64,000 bases of DNA from the NCBI GenBank assembly GCA_907165135.1, contig OU015569.1, forward strand, positions 620,001 through 684,000, read 5' to 3'. Under the pieces are notes generated by a model. It did not search any database. It was given only the letters and a program-made list of their open reading frames with translations, and was not told the DNA's origin. This stretch comes from Oikopleura dioica. Taxonomy: Eukaryota; Animalia; Chordata. Shown in pieces: positions 40,355 to 52,045 of this stretch. Numbering within the stretch: the stretch's first letter is position 1; every line of letters begins with the position of its first letter. Both the position numbers and the translations under genes were made by a program.

Positions 40355-42190
40355 ATGATATTCGACTGCGAATACGAGTGGCCTATTCCTCAGGGATCCG
40401 TATGCAAAGGTAAAAACCCTTTTTTTTTCTCACGTGATGAGACCCATCTCAGTCTCACAGTCTGGAAGTTTTAAAAATTAGGGACTACTGTATTTTTTTA
40501 GTTACTTGCCAAAGAGGCTTACTGTTCCGGCCACAGGGGCAAGGATAGGGTTTGATTCATATAAAATAAGCTTGTTTGTGATTTTTAAAATTGATTTAAC
40601 CCCGCGAGACAACGTCTTCGAAAATGGACCGTCTGTGAAGTGCCGTTGCAGAAGCAAAAATGCAAAGTCCAGAGGCCAAAGGGACGCTGTGTTCAAGACC
40701 CAAACTCGGTCGAGCCTGTTACTACCGTGGCTCCTGTGGCATGCTTACGGCTGAAGCCTCCTCTTCAGCCTGGCTTTGAGCTGGACGGCCCGTGCATCTT
40801 TCCGATGGATCCCGGAGCCGAGTGCAAGATCAAGTGTCCGAAGGAAAGTGCCCTCTCTTCTATCCCCGTCCTCTAAAATCGTCTTCAGGGAAAATCTGGC
40901 TGGGGAAAATGTGTCTGCCGACAAGACGAGTTTGGCCGCGCGGATTCCGACGCAATCGACTATCTCAGCGGCCCCAGTTGCGATTTTCAACTGCCGTCGG
41001 TTTGCTCTTCTTCTGAATCCGGAACAAACGAAGATGTTGGCTGTTCAACTTCGGGCGATTTCGATGGATTCTCCGTCGTTTGCGATCGATCACAGGATCA
41101 TTGTTGAAAGTTAAGAGCTAAGAGCTCAAGAATAAGAACGACTTGTTATTCAACAATCTAAACTGAAGACCGGTGATCTGGTAGGACCCTCAACTTCCTG
41201 CCCAATGACATGCGATGGAAGCGCCAACGACGATCTCAGAGCAGTGTGCCGGTGCAAAGAGCGAAACGAGTGCGAATGGGTGCCCAAGAAGCCGTGCAGC
41301 GCTCTCGCCCCAGAATGCCCCGATCCAAGCACAGTCGACTTCGGCGAAGGCTTTTCTGTATCATGCTCTGACGAAGTGAGGAGAAAAATGATAGCAAAGC
41401 CGAAGCGATCTTCCAATTCATGTGATGTTACTTGCCTCAATGGTGGGACATTTTCTGGCAAGCCTCCCAAGAAACGGCTTGAAGATTAAGATCGCACCCT
41501 GCGTTGAAAACCTGAGTCAGGGTGACCTGAAAAAGGATTTATGAAAAGCCGCGTAGCGGCTTTTTAATGTTCGAAGCCGCAGAGCGGCTTCGCAAAATAA
41601 CCTTTCCAATGATTTTTTTTTCTGAATAAGACGCTGACTCAGGTTCGCTACACAGGTTGCTTCGCCTTGAAAGCCAAGAAATAGTGCAAGTGCAAAAAGC
41701 AATCTTGTCAATGGGCGAATATCAAGGGAAAATGCAACTTGTCAGACGATCCAGACGGAATAACGACGGATGGGGTGGAAACAAAAACGTCGTGCAAAGC
41801 GAATTTGCCAGACTCAATCAGGTACAAGTCCCATTAGAGTACCACTTAGAAGTTCTTATCCTCAGACATCTGGAGTGCTCTTTGATGATTATGGGGGTTG
41901 GCTCTGTATTCAACGTAGAAAACGCTGGATCAGTTCCTGACGGTGCCAATTGCAAAGTCCAGTGTTCCGACGACTTTCAGGAGCGGCTTTAAATCCTACT
42001 GTTGCTACTGTAAACTGGAAAATTTGCAATTTTAAAGCTAAACAAAGACTTGGAATGGCGATCTAGTGACGTGCGCCTGCTCCGCGAATAAGAACAAATG
42101 CAAGATGAAACTAAAGGGCGAATGTGGTCTGGGCAAAACTGCCTTGTAATTTGTCCCTGTAACATTCCCGCAGTACAGTAAGAATAGCTG
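40355..42190 (+). CDS. Cys-rich extracellular protein with several CCP/sushi-like modules (possibly partial or degenerate)
   Basis: CEYEWPIPQGSVCK; ACLRLKPP..GPCIFPMDPGAECKIKCP; VCRCKERNECEW; ECPDP..FSVSCSD..SCDVTCLNGG; VPDGANCKVQC. Confidence 0.5.
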
Positions 42191-42599
42191 AAATGTCACC
42201 TGTTCTGGTCATTGAAAAAAGTAATAAAGGAGAATGACGCGGTGATTATTTCCAAAAGGGCAAAATTTATTGATAGAAAGTAAATAAAGAAAAAAGAGAC
42301 GAGTAATTACACGCAGAAGAGGATAGTTGTTACAGTCAGCACGACGAGCAGTGTGTGAAGGTCAAGGCTTTTTATGGCTTTCGATTAAAATCCCATTGCT
42401 GCTCGTTTCTGTGATTCACCGCAGAATTCAGCCGCATAAACTTTGGTTCTTGATGAATTTAGCTCGACAAAAACCTGTGTAGAAAACCTGAGTCAGGTTC
42501 CGAAGAAAGACTCGCCAGATTTTGGTGATAAAAGATCGGAAAACTAATTTTTCGAAGCCGCTTTTAAAATAAGCCGCAACGCTGCTTTTTTCAATACAA

Positions 42600-43380
42600 A
42601 TCTTTCAGACCCTGACTCAGGGTTTCGGAAAGCCGTGGCCTGAAAATAACGACGTCAACTGGATGAACATAGATCCAAAAAATGACGATTGCCAGGAGCC
42701 AGCCATATCGCAAACCTTCGATTAGATTGAATTTCAAACTTTCAGGGCCTTTTCTTTTTTGAACGAAGTTACCTAAGTACTTTAGTTTCTGAAGAGCGAT
42801 CTCCAGAAAATCAGGAGCTGGAACGTCCAAGTCGCAGACAGGCGTGCTAAACCGTTCTCGGCGTTCTCGGGAAACGCTTGGAACTGATCTTGTCGAAGTT
42901 GAGCGGGTCAGGACGCTGGTGGCGACACTTCTGTTGCAGTTTTCGAGCTCGCAGTACTTTAAAAACTGAAGAGAAAAACTAGCAAGGATTTTCATACCTC
43001 GCAGTTCTCGCTAAAATGGTGGTGCATTTGTCGCATTTCTGCTCCGATCATTGATCGCCTAAAAAATGATCCTCCGCGATTTTCAATTTTCCGAATCTTC
43101 TTACCTTGATCGTGGTCGTCTTCTCCCTGCTTCTCCCCTGCATGACGGGGCAAGATGCGCTCGATCATCATTGCCTGGGCTCGGCAACCTGTGTTGAAAA
43201 CCTGAGTCAGGGTCTAAAGAATTTTGAAATAGATTGAAAAAACAGATTTTTCGGAGCCGCGAAATTTCGCGGCTTCGTTAAAAAAAAACCGCTACGCGGC
43301 TTTTCATTCGAGCTCTCTTTCAGACCCTGACTCAGGTTTTCTACACAGCTTTTTCCCGAGCCCAGATCATTGCTCGACAT
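42600..43380 (-). CDS. Orphan gene just downstream of the aquaporin, with a MITE in exon 1; probable C-terminal TM segment (3' end may extend to ~42310)
   Basis: Removing MITE plus one TSD gives MSSNDDRAHLAPSCRGEAGRRRPRSR|RSMIGAEMRQMHHHFSENCE|FLKYCELENCNRS..., in frame across two GT-AG introns; later YGWLLAIVIFWIYV. Confidence 0.5.
43175..43365. mobile_element. CTGGG...CCCAG MITE with perfect 8-bp TSD ATCATTGC
   Basis: TSD at 43167-43174 and 43366-43373; TIRs ctgggctcggcaacc / cccgagcccag. Confidence 0.92.
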
Positions 43381-43540
43381 GAAAATTGCCTCTGAGACTG
43401 TTAGAGTCTTCTGCCTGTAAAAAGGAAACTGAATGCAACCTCGAATTCTCCTGCTAATCGAAAACACATTCCGAGCATGTTCTAGAACGGCGATGGTATT
43501 TTTTATTAAAATGAATTCAAGCGAGGAGCAGGATTGTTGT

Positions 43541-45595
43541 TTAAAGTCGATGAACTTCGCCTTCGAAGTCGCCGACGCTTGATTTTCTCGACTTTTTCGA
43601 CTTTTTCGACGAGACGGAGCCTTTTCTGCTCGAAGGTGGAGGTGGTGCTCCATAATCAGGTGGAGGGAGGGTTGTTTTTTCAGCAGATGTTGAGTGAGCT
43701 GCAGCGACTACTGTAACAGGGACGACTTTTGAGTTGCTCTGGACGACCGTTTGAGCTCGTTTTGGCTTACTAACTCACTCTCTGAAGAGAAATGGGAGTA
43801 GTTGGCAAGCCATAACTGGTTCTACAGGTAGTTTAGCCGGCTCTTCCAAGTCATCAAGATAGGCTCCGACAAAGAGCAAGTAAGTGTATCCACCGATGAT
43901 CGCTCCAACCGTCGGCGCAAGAATCGGAATCCAGAAGTAGTAATTCCCAACTAGCAAATTATTTATTGAAATTTAATCAAAATTTTTGATCAGTAAATTT
44001 ACCTGAGAAAACTTCTGGTCCATAAATAATTGCAGAAAACAAACGAGGTCCGAAATCTCGGGCCGGATTGATGGCGTAACCGGCGTTGACACCGAACGAC
44101 AAACCGATCATAATGACAAACAGGCCGATCAGAATGGGGCTAGAAGAGAGTCAGTAAGAATCATTAGCATTTATAGGGCGGCCTTGTTCATTCTCGAACT
44201 TCCATCATGAGTCGCCTTGTTCATCCTTGAGCCACGTGGACTACCCTCTGATTCACGGGTAAGGCTACATGGCCCAAGGATGAACAAGGCGCCGCATGCT
44301 GGAAGTTCGAGAATGAACAAGACCGACAAGTTTCTTTCTTACATGGCCGGCATTGGCGGAACCGAGTTGCGCTTGTCCAACAAGGCGTTGATGGAAACGA
44401 CGAGCATGACGGTGGCAAAGCATTGGTCGAAAAACAACACTGGCAAAGTCGACTTGTAAAGATCCGTGGGATACGTTGCGAAGATTCCAGCAGTAGGGCG
44501 ACTGTACTGAGTTGACTAAAATTTCAAAAACGGGCTCAACCGGGATTTGAACCCGGGACCTCTCGCACCCAAAGCGAGAATCATACCCCTAGACCATTGA
44601 GCCACGAGAGGAACCCGCTACTTAGTTTTTATAAATGATTGTCTTTTAGAAACTCGACCCATAAGTGGCATTTGTTAGAGGAATTGTTCGTTCGGGATCA
44701 AGCCAGTTGATGGCATCTAAGTAGACGAGGTAAACAATTGGCCCGGATAAGAAACCGCCGAGAATCTTTTTCGTGCTCTTTGATACCGACAGGGTTAGGG
44801 TTAACCCGTTGCCGCGCAGTAGGCGTAAATTTGCCTCCTGCGCCAATGAGGTTGCCATATTTTGAGCCTCGGGGCGTGTCGAAGCAGCGAAACTGCTACA
44901 CGCTCGGCAATAGGTTAATAGGGTTAGGGTTATGGTTAGGAATTGACCCGTTGCCAAGCGCGTAGCAGTTTCGCTGCTACAACACTCCCCGAGGCTCGAA
45001 ATACGGCAAACTTATTGGCCTAGAAGGCATTTTTACGCCTACTGCTCGGCGACGGGTTAATAGGGTTAGGATTAGATTGATATGTTGTCGATAGACTCGA
45101 ACCTAACTGTAAGCCTGTTGGATGTGAGCACCTTCCTGGCCAGCAATGTAAACCACAGCTTGAATAATATTCATCCGTCCCAAAAGCCACTGGGAAATCG
45201 TCACAGCAGGGTTGATATGTCCACCACTGGTTCGAGCAGCGACGTAAATTCCCGCCGCACAAGCAAGTCTATTTTTGAAATATTTCTTATTCAACAATTT
45301 AAAAGCTCAACTTACCCGTAAGCCAAGTTGATATCGAGAAAAGCAGCGTTGTGATACTGTGCTTGATTTTGAGCTACAGACGCGTTGCCGACAGTTACAA
45401 GCACGAGTGTTCCGAGCATTTCCGACCAGAACTGATTCCAAAGCTCGAATCGACCCTGGAAAAAGTAGAAAAAGAGGAGCCATTTTACCGTACCGTGGTG
45501 ATGTTTCTGATCCATTCTTCGGCCCGCCAGAACTGAATTCTCTCTTTGCGAGGAGGAGTCCTCCCCCTCGGCTCACGAATGTCGCAGAAGCCCAT
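43541..45595 (-). CDS. Aquaglyceroporin (AQP3/7/9/10 group), multi-exon
   Basis: [29 protein letters not shown] (NPA1), [26 protein letters not shown] (NPA2 plus Asp of glyceroporins), [17 protein letters not shown]; tail ends GEVHRL*. Confidence 0.93.
44175..44325. mobile_element. TTGTTCATCC-type MITE in an aquaporin intron
   Basis: gccttgttcattctcgaacttcc...gccttgttcatccttg / caaggatgaacaaggc...ggaagttcgagaatgaacaag. Confidence 0.75.
44532..44603 (-). tRNA. tRNA-Pro(TGG), intronic, sense to the aquaporin gene
   Basis: GGCTCAATGGTCTAGGGGTATGATTCTCGCTTTGGGTGCGAGAGGTCCCGGGTTCAAATCCCGGTTGAGCCC; 72 nt cloverleaf, TGG anticodon, followed by a TTTTT terminator. Confidence 0.97.
44791..45075. mobile_element. 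Inverted pair of ~115-bp TIR elements bounded and separated by TTAGGG tracts, in an aquaporin intron
   Basis: agggttagggt|taacccgttgccgcgcagtaggcgtaaa...cggcaataggtta|atagggttagggttatggttaggg|...tttacgcctactgctcggcgacgggtta|atagggttagg. Confidence 0.75.
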
Positions 45596-45879
45596 CAAGC
45601 GACTCTTCAACTTTCGTTTTTTCAAGAATAAGGATTGAGAGAATAAGTCGCCTGGGATTCCTAAAACTTCGGCAAATATCAAGACGATTTGAAGACGAAA
45701 AAACGGCCTTGGCGAATATTGTTTGGCGAGTCATATAAGTTGATTTTCTGCTTTCTGAAGAAGAGATGCCGGAAGCATGGAATTGATGGTCATACTAAAG
45801 ATGGTATACTGGAGTTCATCAGAGGAGAGGACTTGTTTGACTTCTTATCGTTCAAAAATGAACTCTTTCAATGATGATT

Positions 45880-46055
45880 AATTAATGAATAATTTAATTA
45901 TTATTAATAATTATTATTTAATTAAATATATATATTTTAATTATATATTTGAATAATAAATTATATAATATAATTATAATTATATAATAAAAAGTATTTA
46001 TTTAAATAGTTATTAAATAATTATTAAATAATATTAAATAATTAAAAAATGAGTT
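45880..46055. repeat. Extremely AT-rich low-complexity tract between the divergent aquaporin and RIPOR starts
   Basis: About 170 nt almost free of G/C. Confidence 0.9.
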
Positions 46056-46356
46056 TTTTTAGTCGAAAAAAGTCTGATTCTCGCCCAGCACCCCCTTAAG
46101 TTTTTTGATTGAAATCATGGAAGACTTTTTTCTTATTGATAATGTTTTTTGCATCGAGCGAAAAAAATGCTGAGATATTTTTCTCAGATGAGTGAAAAAG
46201 TAAGGAAAGAAGGCTAGCTGCGGTATGTTCCCACGGGTGCTCCGCGGGGCAAAGTTTCGGCGTTGGAGGAGCCGCCTACTCGCTCCACCGCCAAAACAGA
46301 AATTTCGTGAGTTCACCGTAAACGTATACAAAACGGTGAATTGAGGCTCGGTCCAA

Positions 46357-49300
46357 ATGGACTTGCTCGACGGGCTCGACGACGACGGCGATGGAGACGT
46401 CGACAACCCAGTCGAGATTGAGAGGCGCACCGCCTCAATTCTCCACCCAACGCAGCCGGATCAAAGCGACCAAGCGCCAACTGCGGTCGCTCCAGAGGTC
46501 ACTGAAGGCGCCAAGAGAAAAATAAGAAAGGAACGAAAATCTAGGTTCGTCACGCTAAATTATTTTTCAAAAAAATAGTTAATAATAGTTTCAAAATTGA
46601 TTGCTAATCAATTTTAAAAAATGATTTTCTGGTGATTTCATTTTATTAAGGAGGTAGATATAAAGAATCGCCATTTTCCGTCAGACAGTTCTCCCAAAGT
46701 TAAAATAGTAACACCCTTATTTTACTTTGGAAACAAAAACTTTTGATCTTTCTCTATTTCCTATAGAAGCCGAAATTTCGAATTTCAAGAAAATTTTTTA
46801 ACAAAATTTTTCATCAAAGATCGCTAACTTTCCTAAAATGGTCATTTTGGCGACAATCGGAGGTGCCCGATTCGCATTGTAGCACCCCGAAAGCTCAAGA
46901 AATCTAAATTTTTGGCTTCCATAGAAAATTGATAATTGCCTGAAATAAATTTCGAGCTGAAAAAATAAGGGGGTCACTATGTTAAAAATTTGAGAAAATA
47001 CTGATCATCGATTCTTGATATCTACCCCCTTATTATTAGAAAATCCTCCGAATTTAACAAACAAACTGTAGGTCAAAAAGCAGATCCCGTCAAAAAGCTG
47101 AGCTCGCTGTCCAGCCCCAAGAAGGACTTCCTATCGATGTGGACCGAACAATTTCAATCGCAAGCACTGTTGCTTCAGAGCGATCCTCGCGGCCCAGACG
47201 AAAGCGAAGCAAGGATCCAGAAGCAGAAGCGCGTCGTCTTCAGCGAGAGGAAAAATACAGAGAAGCTGGCTTGACGGACAAGGAAATTCTTGAAAAAGAA
47301 GCGGAAAGGCGAAAACGAGCGCGGAGCAAGTCGCGAAAGCGGAAGGAGGAGCAAATTATGGCGGTGGCACTTGAGCGCTCCGAAACTGTCGGAGAAAATG
47401 ACGAAGAGCGGCGAGGGCGAAAAGACACGGAGCGACAGAAAAGGAGGGAGAAACGAGAACGCTCGCGAAATCGAAACAAGGAGCAAGCCCAGCTCGAGCC
47501 CGCGTCGGAAATTCTTGAGGATTCTCAGCCCGTGACTACTACCGAACCAGCGGTGGAGGAAAACAATAATGAAATAAACACAGAGCCCAAAAACAAAGAA
47601 GAAACTGAAGAAATAGAAGCCCCTCCACCAGCACCTGCTCCAAGGAGTGTTCTTAACGTAACGCCGACTGAAGAAGCTGTCAATAATAATGAGCCCGAAA
47701 TTGCTCAGCAGCCAGAAATTAATCAAGATGTTCAAGAAGTTTCCGAGGAGGTGGAACAAAAAGAAGTGATTTCAGAAGAGCCAGTAAACGAAACTGAAGT
47801 GCTGACAAATGGAAATCCTGACGAAATGAAAACTGAAATTCCAAGTGCTCCTGGTTCTCAAGAGCAAGCAGCTCAACTAAATGAAGAGCCAGAGGGAGAA
47901 AAACCAGCTGAACAAAATGTAGAAGAAAATGAATCAGCACCGACTGAAATTGAAGAAAAATCAGAAAAGGCGCCAGAAGAACAAGTTGCTGTCGAAGCAG
48001 TTCTGCCTCCAGCGCCACCGCCGCCGCTACCACCTGGAGTAGAAGCCGCTCCAGTTGCTGCTCAAGGTGCTCCTCCTCCACCACCGCCACCTCCTGGTGC
48101 GCCAGTGCCACTCACAGCCCAGGAGCCAGCTGCTACTGAAAAAACGATAACGGAAGCAGTAGCCGAAGAAGGTGCAATTGACGAGGACCCAACAGCTACG
48201 ATTGACCCGTCGAATCTCGATGGAGAGGAAAAGAGCTTTGCTTCTGATCAAGAAGTGACCACTGGTTTGGATCCGGACACTTACGCCGATGCTGACGGAC
48301 TCTCGGTCTCTGAAGCGCTGACTTCGAGGCTCAACGACGAAGTGAACCGCGTCTTTTCCGACAAATTCTCTGTCCCTTCCATGTCACGTGCTTCTTCAAT
48401 CTTATCGCTGGCGATCGAAGACCCTCAGCCAGAAGGGCAAGAGCGCAAGAAACGCTTTGGCCTTTTCGGAAAGAAAGAACGCGGCTCATCGAAAAAGAAG
48501 GAACGCCCGAGTCGACTGGCAGAGATTTACTTCGCAGTTCGGAAAGGAATTGGCGATTACATTTCCATCAACACTGCCGAATTAAATGTCCTCCAAACAC
48601 AGCGGCTCAATCAGGAAAATCCATCAAACGAGCTTATTGAAACTTGCTCGAGTTTGCAGCATTTGCTCGTCCGTCTTCAAGAGCACCAGGAAGAAATAGA
48701 CACTCTTTACGAGTCGTACACGGAGATCGACAGGGACTGGCGCGAGGAGAAAATCAAGCAGCCTTCTTCTGCGATGCTTCAACACGAGCAAGACATGAGC
48801 AGTTACTTGGGCGAGTTTTCGGTCAAGATGAAGGGCTTGCTCGGTTTCTCAAGACTCAAAGCTGGGGATCAATATGAAGTGACGCTCCGATACGGAAAAG
48901 GACAAAAGTGGAAGTCGCAAGGAAAAGTCGAAAAGGATGGACTCAACTTGAAACAATCCTGGACAGAGACAGACACTGTTTTCAGGTAGACTCCGCTCAT
49001 GATTGTTGATTATTAGTCATTGTTGATTTCAGGCCGACTGTGGGCGAGTTCATCGCGATCAAAGTCACCGAAGCGCGCAAGATTGGCAAGGGCGTCGTCG
49101 TCGGCAATGTGTCGTGCGAGACGAAAGATCTCTTCAATTCGGACATGCAGCAGCTCGATGTTGAGCTGAACGAAATGGGTTCGCTCAAGTTGTCGATCAT
49201 GGTCCACTGGAAGCCCTTTGTGGGCGAGGATATTAAGCCAATTGGCTCGGCGATGCTGTCTGAAATGGCGGCGAACATGACGGGCGGGTTGGATATTCCA

Positions 49301-52045
49301 CCGTCGATTCGAGACAGCGATCAGGTCAGTTAAATCAAGGGCGATAGTTCTGATTATGTTGTTGGTTTGTAGATTTCGCTGGCGCCCACTATGACTCCGT
49401 CGGAAATGTCAACAATGCGCGCGCCTTCAATTGTGGCGACGGAAGTGGCGGCCACCTCAATCGCGGCGACATCGGCAATCGAGATTCCGGACATTGCCGA
49501 CTCAGTCCGCGATAATGACACTCTCGTCAAGGGATCCTAAAATGCAAAATGAACCTTTTTCAAAAAGAACGCGTCCACCATCAAAAACTCGTAGAACTCC
49601 TAGAGACCAGCCTAAATCTTTGCCAGAGCAGTCGTCTCCGAAAAACTTGAAGAAAAAGTCAACCGCTCCAAAGCAAACTAATTCTACTAGGTCAAGGGAA
49701 AATTCAAGGCCCAAAAGTCAAGCAACTAAAATTCAACCAAAAAATAATCTGCAAAAAGCACCAAAAAATCTGGCCAAAAAAGTGCCAAAACCGCTTCCCC
49801 AGCCAAAAACTCGCTCAGATGAGAAAAATTTCAATGAAAAGCGGACGGCAAAACTGAGGGTAAATATCGAGCGCAGGGCGAAACAGCAGGCAAAGAGTAA
49901 AAGTCGGATCCCTGGTAAAGTTGACGGGCAGACTGGCAAGGGTGTTGGCATCGCGGATAGAATCAAGGGACTTGAAAATGCGGGCAAGCCGAAGGACTTT
50001 ATGGACGAAGTGCGCGACTCCATCGATCCGAGACCACCCTTGTTTACCTCGCAGTTCTTGGCTTCAGTCATGAGGTTCGAACTTCAACTTGGCATTTATT
50101 TATTAATCTTCATTAGTTGCTTGTTTTTTAATTAATGAACAAAAGTCGAACCTTTTTGAGATTTGGCTGACATCGAGCAAATCGAGGAGAAACGGCAAAT
50201 GGAAGCGGCCATCGGTAAGCTTTCCTGTCGCGAAGGGGATAAATCTATTAATAATAATGCACAGGGCGGCGACTTATGGAAGCCACAAATCAGCTCAATC
50301 TGGCCTTGGACGACTTCCGTGGCAGATACAAGGAGCTCAGGCATCTGGAAGAGTCTATTCAGGTAATCGATGTTTTATTTTGTCTTCCTTGATTCCCAAA
50401 TTCCAAGGTGAAGTTCATTTCTACCAAAATTGAAAATTGATAAACAAAGCGACTTTTGAAAAGTGACCAATAAGCGAGAATAAACAGGCTCTAGTGCTGT
50501 TAATGTAAAATTATCTTTCAGACATTGGCATCGATTGTCCGTCACGGCGGACGTGATCAGCCGTCTGTGCCCCTACCTTCCGAGAACGAGTCTGCCATGG
50601 ATCTCGACTTTATGAACTCCGAGCGGTAAATGCCCAAAAATGCATCAACAATTCTAACCAATTGTTTCAGCGCGACAACGACGCTAAGTCCATCGACAGT
50701 TCTAGGAAGCACCATCGCTCCTCTAGAAGATGACCAGAGAACGATGATCACCCAGTCGTATCGGTCCTGTAGAACGGAGCTTTTCGAACTCGATGATGAT
50801 GTTCCTCCAACAACGGGGAATCCTCTTATTGACGAGGCGTTGCTACGGGTCTCAAAACTTCTCAGAACTTTAAATTACATCCGATATATTCTGAGATCCC
50901 TTTGAAAGATTCCACATTTGCAGTGCTGCAAGAACTTGTTGGGCAATGTGGGCAACTACGGCCCATGCCGCGTCAATGAGATAAAAGCCATCACGAGCTT
51001 GGTAAGTGGACCACAGCTGTCAAGTATAAAAAAGGGAAAATTTAAGATGCGCCACGGCCGGACAATCAGCCGATTGATCGAGCTCTCGCGGTCGCGAGTC
51101 TCATTCACCCTCGACTCGCTCAAAGAGTACGAGTTCAAGTTCAGGCCTACTTTGCTCATGCAGTGGAAATCCTGCTGCGACAACAAGACCAAACTGGCAG
51201 TTCCTGTCAAGGTAGACTTCCTTAAATTTTAATCAAACCGCAGCGCCCGATTCTGGATTGCTCGTATTAATGGAACACTTTAGACGTACAAGTACGAATT
51301 GACTGGCAACTACTCGTCGCATGTGCGCAAGCGTCCGGCCGTCGCCGATCAAGTTTTTCCTGAATTATTGAGGCGCATTCTCGACCGGCCCGATTTGACG
51401 CGCGAAGAGGACCTCGACAACCAAATCATCACTGTATATCAAATCATACACTACTTAGAAGAGCTCAAAGCAGAGGAGCAGCGCGAGTTCGGCAAGCACG
51501 TCGAAATGCTCAGCCTCGAGTTGTTCATTTCCGGCGAATTGGAGTCGGGAGACGAACCCTCTGTTCTGAGAGCGATTGGATTGCTCCAGTCCTTGCTCGT
51601 TCGAAAACATTCCAACATGAAGGTTTGAAAAGGTCAGTAAAGGAGTCTTAACCCTTTCCAAGGCGCTGGCAATCATGCTTCTCGACGAAAACAAGAAACT
51701 CCGCGACGCCGCGGCCGCCCACCTCCGCCACATCGCCAACGAGCCCGGCGACGGGACCTGGCGGCCGCGCGATTTCGCCCTCGCCAGCTACCTGGAGTTG
51801 TTGGAGGACAAGTCCAAAAAGCTCCGCCGAGCGTCGTGCATCGCCCTCGGCTTCCTCAACGCAAAAGAAGCGCTGCGTCAACTTCAATATGTTTGTATGG
51901 CCGGACAAGAGCCGGAAATCCGCGAAGCCGCCAAGAATGTTTTGCCACGTCGGGGTCACGAAATAGTTCTGTTTCCCTTTTTTCTTCGGGAATAATTAAA
52001 GAAGCGCTCGTTAGAAAACGGCTTTGTGCAGCTTTTGAGAGATAG
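46357..52045 (+). CDS. RIPOR: RIPOR/FAM65 Rho-family-interacting polarity regulator with a long low-complexity N-terminal extension, multi-exon
   Basis: LGEFSVKMKGLLGFSRLKAGDQYEVTLRYG, FIAIKVTE...VVVGNVSCETKDLF, LNEMGSLKLSIMVHWKPF, and C-terminal HEAT region LRRASCIALGFLNAKEALRQL match FAM65. Exon 1 (46357-46543, AG|GT) joins in phase to the exon at ~47072. Confidence 0.9.
46650..47029. mobile_element. 380-bp TIR element with TTAA-like target (TTAA / TTAT) in RIPOR intron 1
   Basis: TTAA|GGAGGTAGATATAAAGAATCG ... CGATTCTTGATATCTACCCCC|TTAT; internal arms resemble the outer element at 14578-14853. Confidence 0.7.

Noticed and set aside
45880-46055. AT-only tract as an origin or regulatory element
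   Set aside because: Only composition is visible; there is no motif or conservation evidence for a function.
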